From Octopus sinensis (lineage: Eukaryota): a stretch of DNA of 64,000 nucleotides. Within the stretch, counting starts at the first letter, position 1; each line of letters begins with the position of its first letter. The notes beneath the pieces were generated by a model. That model saw only the letters and a list, made by a program, of their open reading frames with translations. It was not told the DNA's origin and did not search any database. Where the stretch lies: the NCBI RefSeq assembly GCF_006345805.1, contig NC_043003.1:109554001-109618000 (forward strand). Reading direction: 5' to 3'. Positions 27,532 to 40,499 of this stretch are shown here, in pieces. The position numbers and the translations under genes were made by a program.

Positions 27532-27540
<9 letters not shown>
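26305..27540 (+). mobile_element. 5'-truncated L1/Tx1-clade LINE, copy 1 (ORF2 C-terminus + 3'UTR), followed by a (TTA)n tail to about 27622
   Basis: Frameshifted ORF2 pieces LVHLIFCFL*K, GGLDMPWLLMRRYALRLRY and zinc knuckle CPRCTRSEETILHALVES (from 26879); AATAAA at 27525-27530. Confidence 0.88.
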
Positions 27541-27622
<82 letters not shown>

Positions 27623-27624
27623 TA

Positions 27625-28428
27625 ATGGATAATTTCCAGATGTCTTTGGCCTGGCAGTGCTACCGGGGTGGGGACGCTACCGGTTCGAGATAAACTCTAC
27701 AGACACGGATGTGCTGTTAGACGAGCTTGTCCGAAGAGCTCGCAGAGCGGCGAAACCGTTCTGCATGCACTCGTTCAGTGTCCAGGCATTGATGACTCGT
27801 GGAGTTACGTCAAACAACTATTGTCGCGAGTATGACAGATTAGTCTGCTGCCCGAGTCAATAAGGATGATTGCCCTGCCGCCCTCCTTTAATCGGGCTGG
27901 CAAGGCAATTTTCCTTTGTCTGGTGGCTGTGGCAAAAGAGGTTATCTGGTGGATGAGGCTGAAAGGAATGAGGACAGAAACTTTGCTCTTTCGTAAAACC
28001 CTCATCGATTTTTTAAAGTTTCACTTGAAAGGAAAAGTTAGGGTGGAGAGGGGGCGCTGTTCTCGAGCGAATTTATCAAAAGATGAGTGAAAGTTGCAAA
28101 AAATGGCAAGTGTGGATGGTACCACTCTCAGTGTAGACCTGTGAGTCGGAAGAAAGAAGTTGGAGTGGGCTCTCGTCCTTGCTACTCAAGGGTGATCTTG
28201 GACGGTGGGGGTTCCTCGATTATCCCTAGAGGTCCTCCTGAATCACGGGGATCCCATCACGACCCTTTCCCCTCCTTTTCTAGTGTCATATATTATGTAT
28301 ATTTCCCTTCTTCTAACATATACCGCGTATACCTTTTATTTTATCATTCCATTATATGTGACCCCCACACTTTGTGTCTGTCTTTGTATTGTCCCCTCAT
28401 CCTTTGCCCTGGTGGAAAATAAAAGAAT
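27625..28428 (+). mobile_element. 5'-truncated L1/Tx1-clade LINE, copy 2, followed by (ATC)n/(ATT)n
   Basis: Homologous to copy 1 (MDNFQMSLAWQCYRG; KAIFLCLVAVAKEVIWWMRLKG); AATAAA at 28418-28423. Confidence 0.88.
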
Positions 28429-28459
<31 letters not shown>

Positions 28460-28524
28460 CCATCACCACCACCACCATCATCATCATCATAACCCCCCCA
28501 CCATCATCATCATCATCATCATCC

Positions 28525-28589
<65 letters not shown>

Positions 28590-28689
28590 ATTATTATTAT
28601 TATCATTATTATTATTATTATTATGGTTATAATTATTATCAACAAAGCCCGAATATTAATGACAAGACTCTTCTTATCTGAAATTACAG

Positions 28690-28771
28690 GAGACGATAGC
28701 AGTACGAACAGAGTTGAAGGTCTACCAGGAACAAGCTCCTCTTCGCACTACCAAATCGATAGCATCTGAAG
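28690..28771 (+). CDS. Candidate internal exon (ETIAVRTELKVYQEQAPLRTTKSIASE), product unknown
   Basis: Acceptor tctgaaattacag, donor AAG|GTACAA, open frame. No homology recognised. Confidence 0.22.
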
Positions 28772-28973
28772 GTACAAGATGGCTGGGGATGTAATAAAAT
28801 GTCATGAACAACATCAACTGCAATATCAATGATTTCATTTATTACAACAAAGGCGACGGACGGTGGGAAAAGCATTGCAAAAGTAACTTGCCAAACGGCG
28901 AGTCGTGGGCGTAACGACAAAATTATCCTGTAATCTACAAGGACAACGATGACAACATCACTGATGACGACGG

Positions 28974-29061
<88 letters not shown>

Positions 29062-29334
29062 GGTGACGATGATGATACAATGACGACGACGATAATGATG
29101 ATGTCGATGATGATAATGAAGAGGATGATTCTAACGTCGAAGTGGCTGACTTGAAATATTAAGCTTTGATAAAGTCAATATCAGCAGTCTAAAAAAAAAA
29201 AAGAAATGATTTATCTTTTTGAATTGTATTTTATTTTCATTGTTATTTTCTAACCTGTCTGTGTTTGTCTAACACGTACACCCACTTGCATATATAGTGG
29301 AACATTACTACCAGATATAAACATATCATATGGC

Positions 29335-29500
29335 GCAGGCGTGTCTGTGTGGTAAGAAATTTGTTTCCCAACCACATGGTTCCGAGTTTCGTTCCACTCT
29401 GCTGCACTTTGGGTAAGTGTCTTCTACTATAGCCTCGGGATGACCAAAGCCTTGTGAGTGGATCTGGTAGACGGAAACTGAAAGAAGCCCGTCGTGTATA
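29335..29500 (+). mobile_element. SINE family B head
   Basis: ggcgcaggcgtgtctgtgtggtaag...gcactttgggtaagtgtcttctactatagcc...gaaagaagcccgtcg. Confidence 0.85.
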
Positions 29501-31064
29501 TATATGTATATATAAATTTATCTCTCCAATATTCTTGTTACATCCGACTCCATTGGCCTCATATTAATCCACTTTGACCAGTTCTTTCTTCTCCAGAGCA
29601 TTGCTCATGTTTTTCCCGCAGGTATTTAAGTACAAACAGTTTAATCGAAGTATTAACAGCATCAAGCTCACCGGTTCTTGGAGGGCCTCCAAAGGCCATG
29701 GACAATGCCTCTTCCCCTAGACTCAGAAAGAAGAGAGAGAAGGAGACAGAGAGGGATGGAGAGTGCGAGGGAGAGGGAGTGAGAGAGAATAGTTACAGAC
29801 AACCTTACCGAAACTTACGGCTTCTCTGCTTATATCAAAAATGATTATAAATCCCGTTTTGTGACTACAATTATTGGCGCACTTGGTTATGTTAGTAAAT
29901 GTCTAAATAAAAGTCTCTTAAAGATGAAATTTTCAGGATAAGAAATTAACTAGCCTATATACACTTTGCAAGCACAATCTATAAGCAGAGCAATAAAGAT
30001 ACGCAAGATTTGTTTTAAAGTTCAACTAAGAATAAAAAAAGTGTAACACTTTAGTATCTACCTACTTGTTGGGGAGTTTTTCGTTGCTAAAATCCAGCTA
30101 TATATATATATATATAGGCAATTCAAGTAATTTATCAGTATAAAATATTTAGATAACATATACCCCAGAATGCAAGAGAACCATTCGAAACGGCACTATC
30201 CAAACTACTCATTAGAAACGTATAGTTAAAATATATAGTTGATAAAAAATTACACATATTTCGACGATTTTCAAAACATAACAAAAGACATTAAAAGGCT
30301 GTAACAATATTTTCCTACAGTTATTTAAAACTAAAGAAATATTTATAAAACAAATAATGAAATTTTGTTTAACTTAGAAGCTAAAATATAACTGAGTTAC
30401 GGTTTTAACACTACGGAAACCATATATGACGTTTAAGGATCACACGCAAATTTGCGAACAAACCGTAACTATCACTTAAATATGAATATGACTTGGTACC
30501 ATACTTTCGTTAATCATCTCTGGTCATTTTAACATCATTGGCGCAGTTGAACACTGAGAATGTGACTGCTGGAGAGAAAAAAGTGCTGCACCAGTACTTG
30601 GCTGGTACTCATATTCGTTTGAGCAGATGGAGACACGTGAAATTGAGTTCCTAGTTCAAGGATGTATCGCGACACTCTTTCTAAGAATTCATCTGCTGTT
30701 TAGTTCATAGAAATTGTGAGCCCAAAACACCATAATTATCACTCGACAACGCATCTTTACTTTAACTCAGATTATTACTCTTTAATTACATATATTCTAC
30801 TCTAAAAAGCATTAATTTTTAACCACAAGCTCTTTTTCTGACTGAAGAATTGAAATATTTATTGCACGATGGAAAATTGATATCATCTGACAACTTTCTA
30901 TGTCTAAACAAAGAAGTAAAATTTTCTTTCCATATCAGTATGAGAGGCAAAATATTTGACGGAAGTAGGAGAATTAATCTTGCATTACATATTACGCGTG
31001 ATACAAATTGTTTTGAAGAGTGGTTTATGTCATGTTAAGGTACAATTATTATTAAGCAATATGA

Positions 31065-31240
31065 AGGCGCTGGACGAAATGCCGCTACGTTCTGAGTTCA
31101 AATTCTGCCGAGGTCGACTTTGCCTTTCATCCTTTCTGGGTCGATAAATTAAGTACCAGTGAAACACTAAGGGTCGATGTTATCGACTTATCCCCTTCCC
31201 CCAAATCGCTGCCCCTGTTCCAAAATTTGAAAACATTATT
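31065..31240 (+). mobile_element. SINE family A (further decayed heads at about 31476-31590 and 31620-31690)
   Basis: gttctgagttcaaattctgccgaggtcgactttgcctttcatcc. Confidence 0.82.
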
Positions 31241-31740
31241 AAGCATTATGACTAACCAGCATGCAGATTTATACAAAATTTTCATCTTGGCATGATATTA
31301 GGTACTTGAATGTATCTCTCCATTAGTAAACTGAATAAAATGTTACAATATATTCGTATGAATTCAAACCATCCACCTACTATCTAAAAGAATTTGTGTA
31401 TCTAAGAACATTGGTCTTAGGTTATTTAGATACTCGCACGACGAAACGCCATTTAATACAGGGTGACAAAGGCAGTGCGTTGGCAGAGTCATTACGGAGT
31501 CGGGCAAAACGCGTTGCGGGTAATTGTACCGACTCTCTGAGTTCTGTGTTCAAACCTCACCGAGGTCAACTTTACCATTCATCCTATCGATATTGATTAC
31601 GAAAAGAAAACTACCAAGGAGGTGGTTTGGCAGAATTGTTAAAATGTCGGACTGAATTTTGTCCTGAGTTCAGATCTCACCATGGCCTCATTGCATGTTA
31701 GCTTTAAGGTGTCTTGAAGTTTAACATTATCCCCTCGTAC

Positions 31741-31863
31741 CTTGAGTGCCTTTAGCGGGGTCTACCCTGTTGCAAGTATTCGGGTTAGGTTTCTGGCTTG
31801 CAGACATCTTCTCCACAACAGTCTCATAGGTCCTGTAACCGGTCACAGGTATCGCTTTCCTTT
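31741..31863 (-). CDS. Candidate symmetric phase-1 internal exon (RKAIPVTGYRTYETVVEKMSASQKPNPNTCNRVDPAKGTQ), product unknown
   Basis: Strong acceptor ttttattttatttattcag, donor CAAG|GTACGA, 123 bp open frame, non-repetitive and more GC-rich than its flanks. Confidence 0.4.
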
Positions 31864-32204
31864 CTGAATAAATAAAATAAAATGCATTGGCAACAGCCAT
31901 AATGATTATACCACCGGACGAGGAAAATATAGTGGATATACATTGTAGAATCTTTCTCCTCTTAATCTAGAAGTAAGCGCGTCACACACACACACACACA
32001 ACACACACACACACACACACGACATATATAGGACGGACGTCTGCACGGTTTCCAGATTCCATCAGCCGAATTCCATTAACAAGATTTAGGTCAATCAAGG
32101 TTTATAGTAGAAGAAACGTGCCAAGGTGCTGCGCAATGTGATTCGGACCTGGAATTATGTGATTACGAGAGAACTTCTCAACCACACTATCACACGTATA
32201 TATA

Positions 32205-33479
32205 CGAGGGTAGGTTGAAACGTTCATAGGCTAACTATGAAGGAGTGACGCTAGAGCTGTGAAATCTAGCATGTGTTAATTTCAACTCTTCTTATTAATA
32301 ACTGAATCGTATTTTCCCAGGTGAACTGATATCTGATTGTTCAAAGAACAATTCAAAAGTAACTACTAGCGACTTCTCTTGGAAAACTACTAAATTTGAC
32401 ATCGTGGTGTTATCAAGTACCAGCAGAAAAAGACTTTAGACAGTTGCTACATTAGGGGATGACGCCCCAGCTTTATTAACAGTTCAAAAATGGGCAGCTG
32501 AATTTAGGAGTGGAAGGGAGAGTCTTAATGACGACCCAAAGTTTGAACATCCTGCATCTGCCACCACTGAAGAAAACATTGGTCATGTTCACCACATGCT
32601 GCTGGCTGATACGCGGTTGACTATAAATCAAATAGCCAATACAATTAGCACATCTTATGAGAAAGTTGAGAATATTCTGCTCATTGAACTTGGCATGACG
32701 ATGGTTTCTGCTCGATGGCTGCCGCGTCTCCTGACACCTGATGAAAAGCAAAACAGGCTGATCACATCACAGGAAAATCTGATATTGTTTGAGGCACATC
32801 GCGCTGGTTTCTACGAACGTTTTCAAACCCAGGATGGTGTTGGGTCCGTTACTCTGTGCCAGAGACATCGAAACAATCCATGCAGTGGAAACTCTCCGCC
32901 TCACCTGCTCCAAAGAAGGCCAAGATCATTTCATCTGCAAGGAGCGTGATGGTCTCAGTTTTTTGAGGTGCAAAATACATTGTGTCTATTGACTATCTAC
33001 AAAAGGGCTACACCATCAATGGAGAATACAATGCCAACTTGCTGAAGCAATTACGAAAGGCTGTCAGGAAAACTGACGAAAGGAGTTTTGTTTCACAAGG
33101 ACAATGATCCAGAGCACATTTCCTTCGTTTCAATGACTTCTGTACTTGACTGTAGTCTTGAAATGGTTGATTACCCATCATCTTCTCCTGATTCGGCTCC
33201 ATCTGAGTATTATCTGTTCTGCAACGTGAAAGAAAAAACATTCGGCTGTGAACCAGTATCACAGTGATGATGTCGTCATGTTTGCTGGTGATTATATTTT
33301 TGACCAACAGAATGAAAACTTCTTCACCAATGGGATCCAAGTATTGCAATATTGATAGAAGAAGTGTGTGGCGAGTGTGGGACCGCTAGGGGAGTGGGTA
33401 TGTTGAAAAAGAAAACTCATTTGGTCGCATTCCATGAGAGCATTTTGGGTCAGTGTATCAACTTTTCAGCCAACTCTCG
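32205..33479 (+). mobile_element. Full-length degenerate mariner transposon (about 1275 bp) with TA target duplication
   Basis: TA|cgagggtaggttgaaacgttc ... aacttttcagccaactctcg|TA imperfect TIRs. Transposase pieces GRESLNDDPK, LTINQIANTIS, VSARWLPRLLTPDEKQNR and PDSAPSEYYLF, with many frameshifts. Confidence 0.92.
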
Positions 33480-34087
33480 TACACACACACACATACACAC
33501 ACACACACACACAAGGGGGAAAGAGAGAAAGAGAGAGAGAGAGAGAGAGGAGAGAGAGATAGAGAAAGAGAGAAAAGCAGAAACCTCGACCAACCAAATA
33601 ACAAGGAGAAAAGCGAGGAAAGTATTATGTGTTTACTGTTTGAGTGAGGTGAAGTTAGACGAAGAATAAATGTAGGGAAGACCAAACGGTGGTTGAAAAT
33701 GAATAATTTAAGCAGTTATTTTTTTTTAAACGACGATTTGAGATAGATAATCGGTTGTTCTATAAATTGACATAAATGAAACTATATATTGCCTTATTTA
33801 TCAGTTGTTAAAATGGGCTTAATTCGTAAATTCATAATTTGTGGCCTACTTATGTGATCTCTGTGTTTGAAGGCGAGTTCAAATAAAAAAAAGAGACGAA
33901 ATTAAGCAAATTATTATAGACATTAGATAACTAAAAATGTCTGCAAGTTGGGTTAAAGGGTAAAATTATTATGTAGCAATAATAAATAAATATAATATTG
34001 GAAGTTAATTTTGCGATATTACAGCAACGACTTGGCTGATAAGTGAAATTAGGTTTTGAGTAGTAGTATTAAAGTATTGGATTGTTT

Positions 34088-34290
<203 letters not shown>

Positions 34291-35089
34291 GTCTGCCTGT
34301 CACACTGTCTGTTTGTCTGTGTATATGTATGTTTATATTTGTATGTATGCACACGCGCGCGCACACAAATACGCACACGAACACACACACACACACACAC
34401 ATCGACACGATCGCGCGCACACACACACACAATGGCGAGTGTGGAACCGATGTAAGCCTCTTTTTTAAAGTAAGATCTCGGCCAGATTTCTCTGATAATA
34501 CCCTGACCCATGGTTACGACGATAAAGAGCTTGCAAGATAAGGACGTGGTCTAGAATTTCCCAAGGGTACAGATGCAGAGAAAGAGGGAGAGAGAGAGAG
34601 AGAGAAAGGGAGCAGGAGAAAGAGAAAGAAGAATATGGTCATACACACACATACACACATACACACACTTATTTACGTTGACATCTCTTATAAATACTTA
34701 TCCTCATTTACTTCTGTACATAAATACATCGAATCAAAAACACATACGTACAGTCGTAGGAAGTTGCTGTCTGTGTAATTCGGACATATTGGGTCTTTAT
34801 GGTTGAAGTCAAGAAAAGCACACATGACACTTGTAAAATGATTTTTTATTACTTAGGATCGTTAATATAACTGACACTCGTAGATGGTAATGTCTTCGTC
34901 ACATCACTGTTGAATAAATAAATAAATGCGAAGCGAAAAATTTATCGTCTGTTTTTTTTTTTAAACTGCCATCAAAGTAGTCTCTCTACGTATCGTTCCT
35001 TTTCTTAGAAATAACAACCAAATCTCTTTCATTTCATACCCAACCGCTGGATAATGGTGATTCTGGGTTCCTTGCACGTCGTAAAAAGA

Positions 35090-35500
35090 CAGGATCGCCA
35101 AAGTATAAAGGTGACATAAACATGTCGCAGCCATAGGGTTGGTTTTAGCAGTGTTGACCCTAAAGCCAAATTCTCAAAGTATTTCATGAATATATTGGCT
35201 ATTATCGTTAATAATGGCGAACCCATAGCTAAACCTTCTTCTTGTCGATACATATCAGTGTCCATTCTGAAGTAGGTAGTTTCTGCACAGAAGGTTAACA
35301 TTTCCATCACTTGTTCAATATCCCAGTGCTAGGAGAAACTATGTATCCCTGACAATAGTATGTTGAGGCAAGAAAAGACCTCTCAATACAATTGTGTCAA
35401 GGATACAACAGACTTGTATGTTTATGCCGTATCTCGATCTACTTGATCTTAGGACAGGGTACTTCCTTCACTTATTTGATGCAGTAATATGTAGTAATTG
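35090..35500 (-). mobile_element. Penelope-like element reverse transcriptase fragment (Poseidon/Penelope type)
   Basis: EMLTFCAETTYFRMDTDMYRQEEGLAMGSPLLTIIANIFMKYFENLAL...KPTLWLRHVYVTF matches the PLE RT pattern G(L)AMGSP and W.RYVDDTF, with the catalytic DD lost. Confidence 0.85.
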
Positions 35501-35945
35501 GCGAATTTGGTTACTATTTCTAACAACAAATCGAGCGACAAATTTGAAGTCCATTCGCTGGATTATGAAAGTAGATTGTTGTTGTTGTTGTTGTTGTTGA
35601 TTGTTAGTCGTTGTTGTCATTCACGACATCGTCGTTGCTATTGCTGTTTAAGTCAGCTCTGATCAATCATACCTCTGATTAAAAGGCATTCCCTCAGTGA
35701 CCATTTTGGCCGCCATGGGTTTTGCAGTAAATCACTAAATCATCCATAACTTTTGTATTATTCTCTCAAATCACACCAAAATCTGAGACAATAACAATTA
35801 ATATTGTATTTATTGTCTGTGAAAATTATAGAATATAAAACAACTTTGATAAAAAATTATATCTACTTTTCTGACGAAAACAATGCCGTTCTGAACATTT
35901 TGGCCGCAACTGTATACATACACACGCGTGTACATATACAAACAA

Positions 35946-35977
<32 letters not shown>

Positions 35978-36535
35978 GTCTATACATATGTAAACATACA
36001 CGCATACACGCACATACACACGTATATATACTCCTGCACGCATCATTATGTCGATATACACATCTCTATACGTACATGCACATATATGCGCGTATAGACG
36101 TATATACAAATAAAAACGCATATGTAAAAACATAATCCGTGAAACATTCACATTCGCCGCAAAACTTGAATATACTTATGAGCTATATATGTATGTACAC
36201 AAATACACCCTCCTGTCTGTCAAGCACATCTACACCTGCAGATACATAAACGTATATACATACATATATGTATGAAGGAAGGAGACAAGTACAACATGTA
36301 CAGTTTTACACTCGTATATATATATATATACAATCATTCGTACACATGTTTATATGCACGCACATAACATTTGATACTACACGTGTATATAGTTACACAA
36401 TTATAAAGAGTAAAAAATAATAAATAGAAAAATATATAAAGCAATAAAATATATATAAGAAATGTTAAGATCAATGAAAGGCTCGTACGTGGACATAATA
36501 TAAAAATCAGGTTCTATCTGTGATCTTGTGGGTTC

Positions 36536-37480
36536 TAAAAACGTAACAAATGTTTTGCCATATGTGGACATGACCCCAAAAGTTCAGTTCTTGAATTTAG
36601 ACATGTAGCAGGGTCCAAAGAACTTTTCCAGATGCACCTTTCCATATCGTAAAGACCGCACTTTCCATTGCCGTTGGTGTAAGGCTTACACTTGGCCAAG
36701 ATCTTCCAGTGAATCTTATAGCTGACATCTTTTTCTTTTAAGGACCAAATATAACTGTATAATTTGGTTGTTTTCCTTTTATCCCAGTGTCTGAAGCCTA
36801 AGGTGTGATTATTGAACCTGGCTTTAAAATTTCCCTTTGTGAGACCTATATATTTCTTTGACGAAACTATGTCCTTAGTGGTTGTAGAGTCTACGGTGGC
36901 TTCATAAATAATGGCCTCAGTCATACAAACTCCATTTAGCGGGCACAAATTTTTAACTCTGCAGGAATAGCCGGCTTCATTTTGTTGTTTTTGTGTGTTG
37001 CGTGCAATAATATTTTTAAAGTTAGTAGTAGAACTAAAACTAATTTTTAGGTTATGCCTATTAAAGAGCTTTCTATAATTATGATTGATTGGAAATTGCC
37101 TATCTATAAGTGATAAAAAATATCTACATATATTAAAGGTCACTTGCGGGGAGTAAAGTGGTGTGAACCACATAATTTTCCTATTCCTATTTTTCCCTTT
37201 CTTTATTTCTGGACTAATAACAGGTGTATAGGTTATTTCCTCTCTAAAGCCACTATCTTTTGTGATTTATTATATATTGGGGCAACACTATTAAAAAGGT
37301 TTATATCGAAGGAGAGGCTAGAAATTCTCTTGCTAACGTTTTTAACTAAATTCTTAAACACTATGGAGAGATGGCAGGAACCTACATTAATAGAGCTAAA
37401 TATTCTTATTTAAATCTAAAGATAATCTAGGAAATTGGCAACAGTTAGGTTGGTGTCTATGGTCAGTTTCCTACATGTAT
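36536..37480 (-). mobile_element. Penelope-like element (Neptune type): RT thumb remnant plus GIY-YIG endonuclease region
   Basis: ORF 36535-37173: WFTPLYS, KLFNRHNLKISFS, CRVKNLCPLNGVC, IIYEATV...KYIGLT...FKARFNNH, LNSRTEL...CPH. Upstream broken frame NLTVANFLDY...YNK...SGFREEITY. Confidence 0.92.
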
Positions 37481-37601
37481 CGTTAGATTTGAATAAGAAT
37501 ATTTAGAAAGCCCAAAGATGATGCTGATAATATTGGATTAACTATTTTGTCCATCACTCTTGCATATCATCAGTGATGATGGAGATAATGATGATGATGA
37601 C

Positions 37602-37650
<49 letters not shown>

Positions 37651-37870
37651 TTTGTACGAACCAACGAATAACTCTCTACATTGTCGAGGGCTGTGGCGTC
37701 AGGAAAGGAGGGCAGCTTTTTGTTTTGGGTCTCGCCTATTTCTTTTCAGAACAGTTCGTCTGCCAATGCTGCTAACAGCAGGCTCTCGCCTGCATCTCTG
37801 CCTGCAGTAGTCGCGTGCAGCGCCGTATCCAGGCTGAAGCCAGCCGATGAGCCTTAAACTCTCCGTGAAC
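37651..37870 (-). mobile_element. RTE-clade LINE 3' end with (CAT)n tail (37567-37650)
   Basis: Minus strand ctcatcggctggcttcagcctggata... region reads like the ADRxxWR/LQAG C-terminal block of RTE ORFs; tail microsatellite adjacent. Confidence 0.6.
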
Positions 37871-38063
37871 ATCTTTTAAGGATTTGTCACCCTCTGCATG
37901 TATGATGTCTAGATTTTCGAAGACTCTATATTACAGGCATATACATATACATTCACAAACACGTATGTGTGTGTTCGTGAAATAGGGAATTAAATTATAA
38001 CGCCTTTGACATATAACCATGTGTACATATATATATATATCTATATCTATATCTATCTATCTA

Positions 38064-38110
<47 letters not shown>

Positions 38111-38112
38111 TA

Positions 38113-38143
<31 letters not shown>

Positions 38144-38214
38144 AGCTCGTGTGAGTGTGCGTGCGTGTGTGTGTGTGTGTGTGCAAATTTAAAGGAATTT
38201 TAGTTGAACGAAGC

Positions 38215-38368
38215 GATTCCGGTACTTATTTCTTTTCTTTAAGCCTGGTACTTCTTCTATCGGTCAGTTTTATCAAACCGGTAGTTTATGGGGACGTAAA
38301 CACACTAATATCGGTTGACAAGCGGTAGTGAATGATAAGCACAGATACAAACACATACGCACGCACAC

Positions 38369-38414
<46 letters not shown>

Positions 38415-38770
38415 CACACACACACACACACAAAGGCACACATACCACAGAATTCTATCACCTTCCTTCTGCCTAAACCATTCACAAAGCTTCGGTCGGC
38501 CCGATGGTATTTGGCAATTGAAGCCGGAAGCATGTGGCTGGAAAGCAAACTTCCTATCACACAGTTACTCACACACTTACACACACACACACACCACACA
38601 CACAAACACATATGACGTGTTTCTTTCAGTTTCTGTCTATCAAATCTACTCACACGGCTTTGGTCGACCCGAGGCTACTGTAGAAGACACCTGCCCAAGA
38701 TGCCACGTAGTGGGATTGAAACCGGAATGATGTGGTCGGGAAACAATCTTCTTACCCCACAGCCATATAA
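38215..38770 (-). mobile_element. SINE family B composite (3' module, CA arrays, two tandem heads)
   Basis: Two reverse-complement head segments (about 38430-38570 and 38610-38770) and the 3' module at 38215-38340. Confidence 0.82.
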
Positions 38771-39052
38771 ATATACATGTCTATAAATATATACATACAT
38801 ACATACACACATACACACGAGTGTATATCTGCCAAGACTTTGCAATCCTTTAGATTCTTACGCCCGCCAGCAAAATCTATTTCCTGCAAGCATTATATCA
38901 TATGAATCTGAAATTTGTTGTGTGATTTTTATCGCTCGAAGCAATGATAATCGCAAAACTCTTACTATTTATAACCAACACTTTTTTCAAAATTTTTATT
39001 TAAGAGATATAACAATCAACGTTATTAAAATTTTTGTTTAGATTTTTGTCAG

Positions 39053-39196
39053 GAAATCATTGAGAAAGAGACGAAAGTGAAAGGAAATAACACCATTGTC
39101 GAAGTGAAGATGAACAAAACACAAAGCGAGCTGAAACCATCCGTCGCGAAACCTTGGAACAAAAGAATTGCTGCCACATCCTTCTATTCAATTTAA
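39053..39196 (+). CDS. Candidate terminal coding exon (EIIEKETKVKGNNTIVEVKMNKTQSELKPSVAKPWNKRIAATSFYSI*), product unknown
   Basis: Acceptor ttttgtttagatttttgtcag, 47 open codons, TAA overlapping AATAAA (39196-39201). Confidence 0.3.
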   Translation, partial: EIIEKETKVKGNNTIVEVKMNKTQSELKPSVAKPWNKRIAATSFYSI

Positions 39197-39673
39197 ATAA
39201 AGATTATTTTTGTTGACGCAGAACATCGCTGGTTCTCTCTGTTTGGACTGTTTTAATGAGTAATTAGTTTGTTTTAGAAATTGTTAATTTATACTTCTAA
39301 TGGAAATTTATATTTATTTTAGTTTATTAATTAACCCTTTCAGACCTGAGGTATTTCTTTAACTGGAAATAAATAGTTTCAATGCTTTAAAATAGATTGT
39401 GTGATAAATTAATAATGGTTGTATAATAATATTATCATATGCAGAAATATACACGCTGCCGTCAGAATTATGAGGAATTATTAGACTACTCAGCTGAGGG
39501 ATAATGTCACCTTCTGTTCCTTTACCTGTTACACCTTGAATGTTTCAGTGAGTCAAGGTTAGACGTACTGAAAGTGTCTATATTTGTTTGTGAAAACCGA
39601 AGAACCTGCAGCAATTAACGAAAGCATGGTACTTGTTAAGCTTGTGAATGACGGCCGTGAATATCTATCTATC

Positions 39674-39752
<79 letters not shown>

Positions 39753-39870
39753 CTCTCTCTATCTATCTATCTATAGCTAGCTAGCAAGATAAACAGATAG
39801 ACAGACAGACAGATAGGTAGATAGATAGCCAGTTAGGTTGAGAGATAGACTGACAGACAGACAGACAGAC

Positions 39871-39968
<98 letters not shown>

Positions 39969-39986
39969 GTAGATAGATAGATAGAT

Positions 39987-40470
39987 AACTTTTTATTGTG
40001 GCCACACAGGGCTAAACACAGAAGAAAAATGGACGAAATACAATGTAGAGTTGTTTCTTTTCGAGGTGGGATGGGTGGGACACACAAAGAAAAAGCGTTC
40101 GATCAATAGGGATCTGTGGGTTGTGTGGTTTATAAAAAAGCAATATATATAAAGTTCACAGTTTAGGTGTAGCCTTGGAAAGAAAAACCTACAAAAAAGA
40201 CCAAGGTCACCTCAGACAGTTCGAAAATGAACACATGAGTAAGTCTTTTTTGGTTACAAATTTATGGTGTCGTTTTTCATACTGACCATTTTTGCCACTT
40301 TTACCCACTTTTTATTAAAACATTCGTTCGACAAAGCCTTCCTCTCTATTCTCATCCTCCTTTTCAAGTGGTACTTGAAAAAGTTGACGAGAGACTGACC
40401 AGAGAGGAAGGTGTTTGTTTGCAGTCCTTTCAACGCGTCCACCACACACATTCTTTCGCCATAGCCATCA
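39987..40470 (-). mobile_element. 5'-truncated L1/Tx1 LINE, copy 3, with (TATC)n tail
   Basis: CVVDALKGLQTNTFLSGQSLVNFFKYHLKRRMRIERKAL is homologous to copies 1 and 2; AATAAA then (TATC)n at about 39870-39986. Confidence 0.88.
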
Positions 40471-40499
40471 GCGTAAGATAGACAGTCAGATAGATAGAT

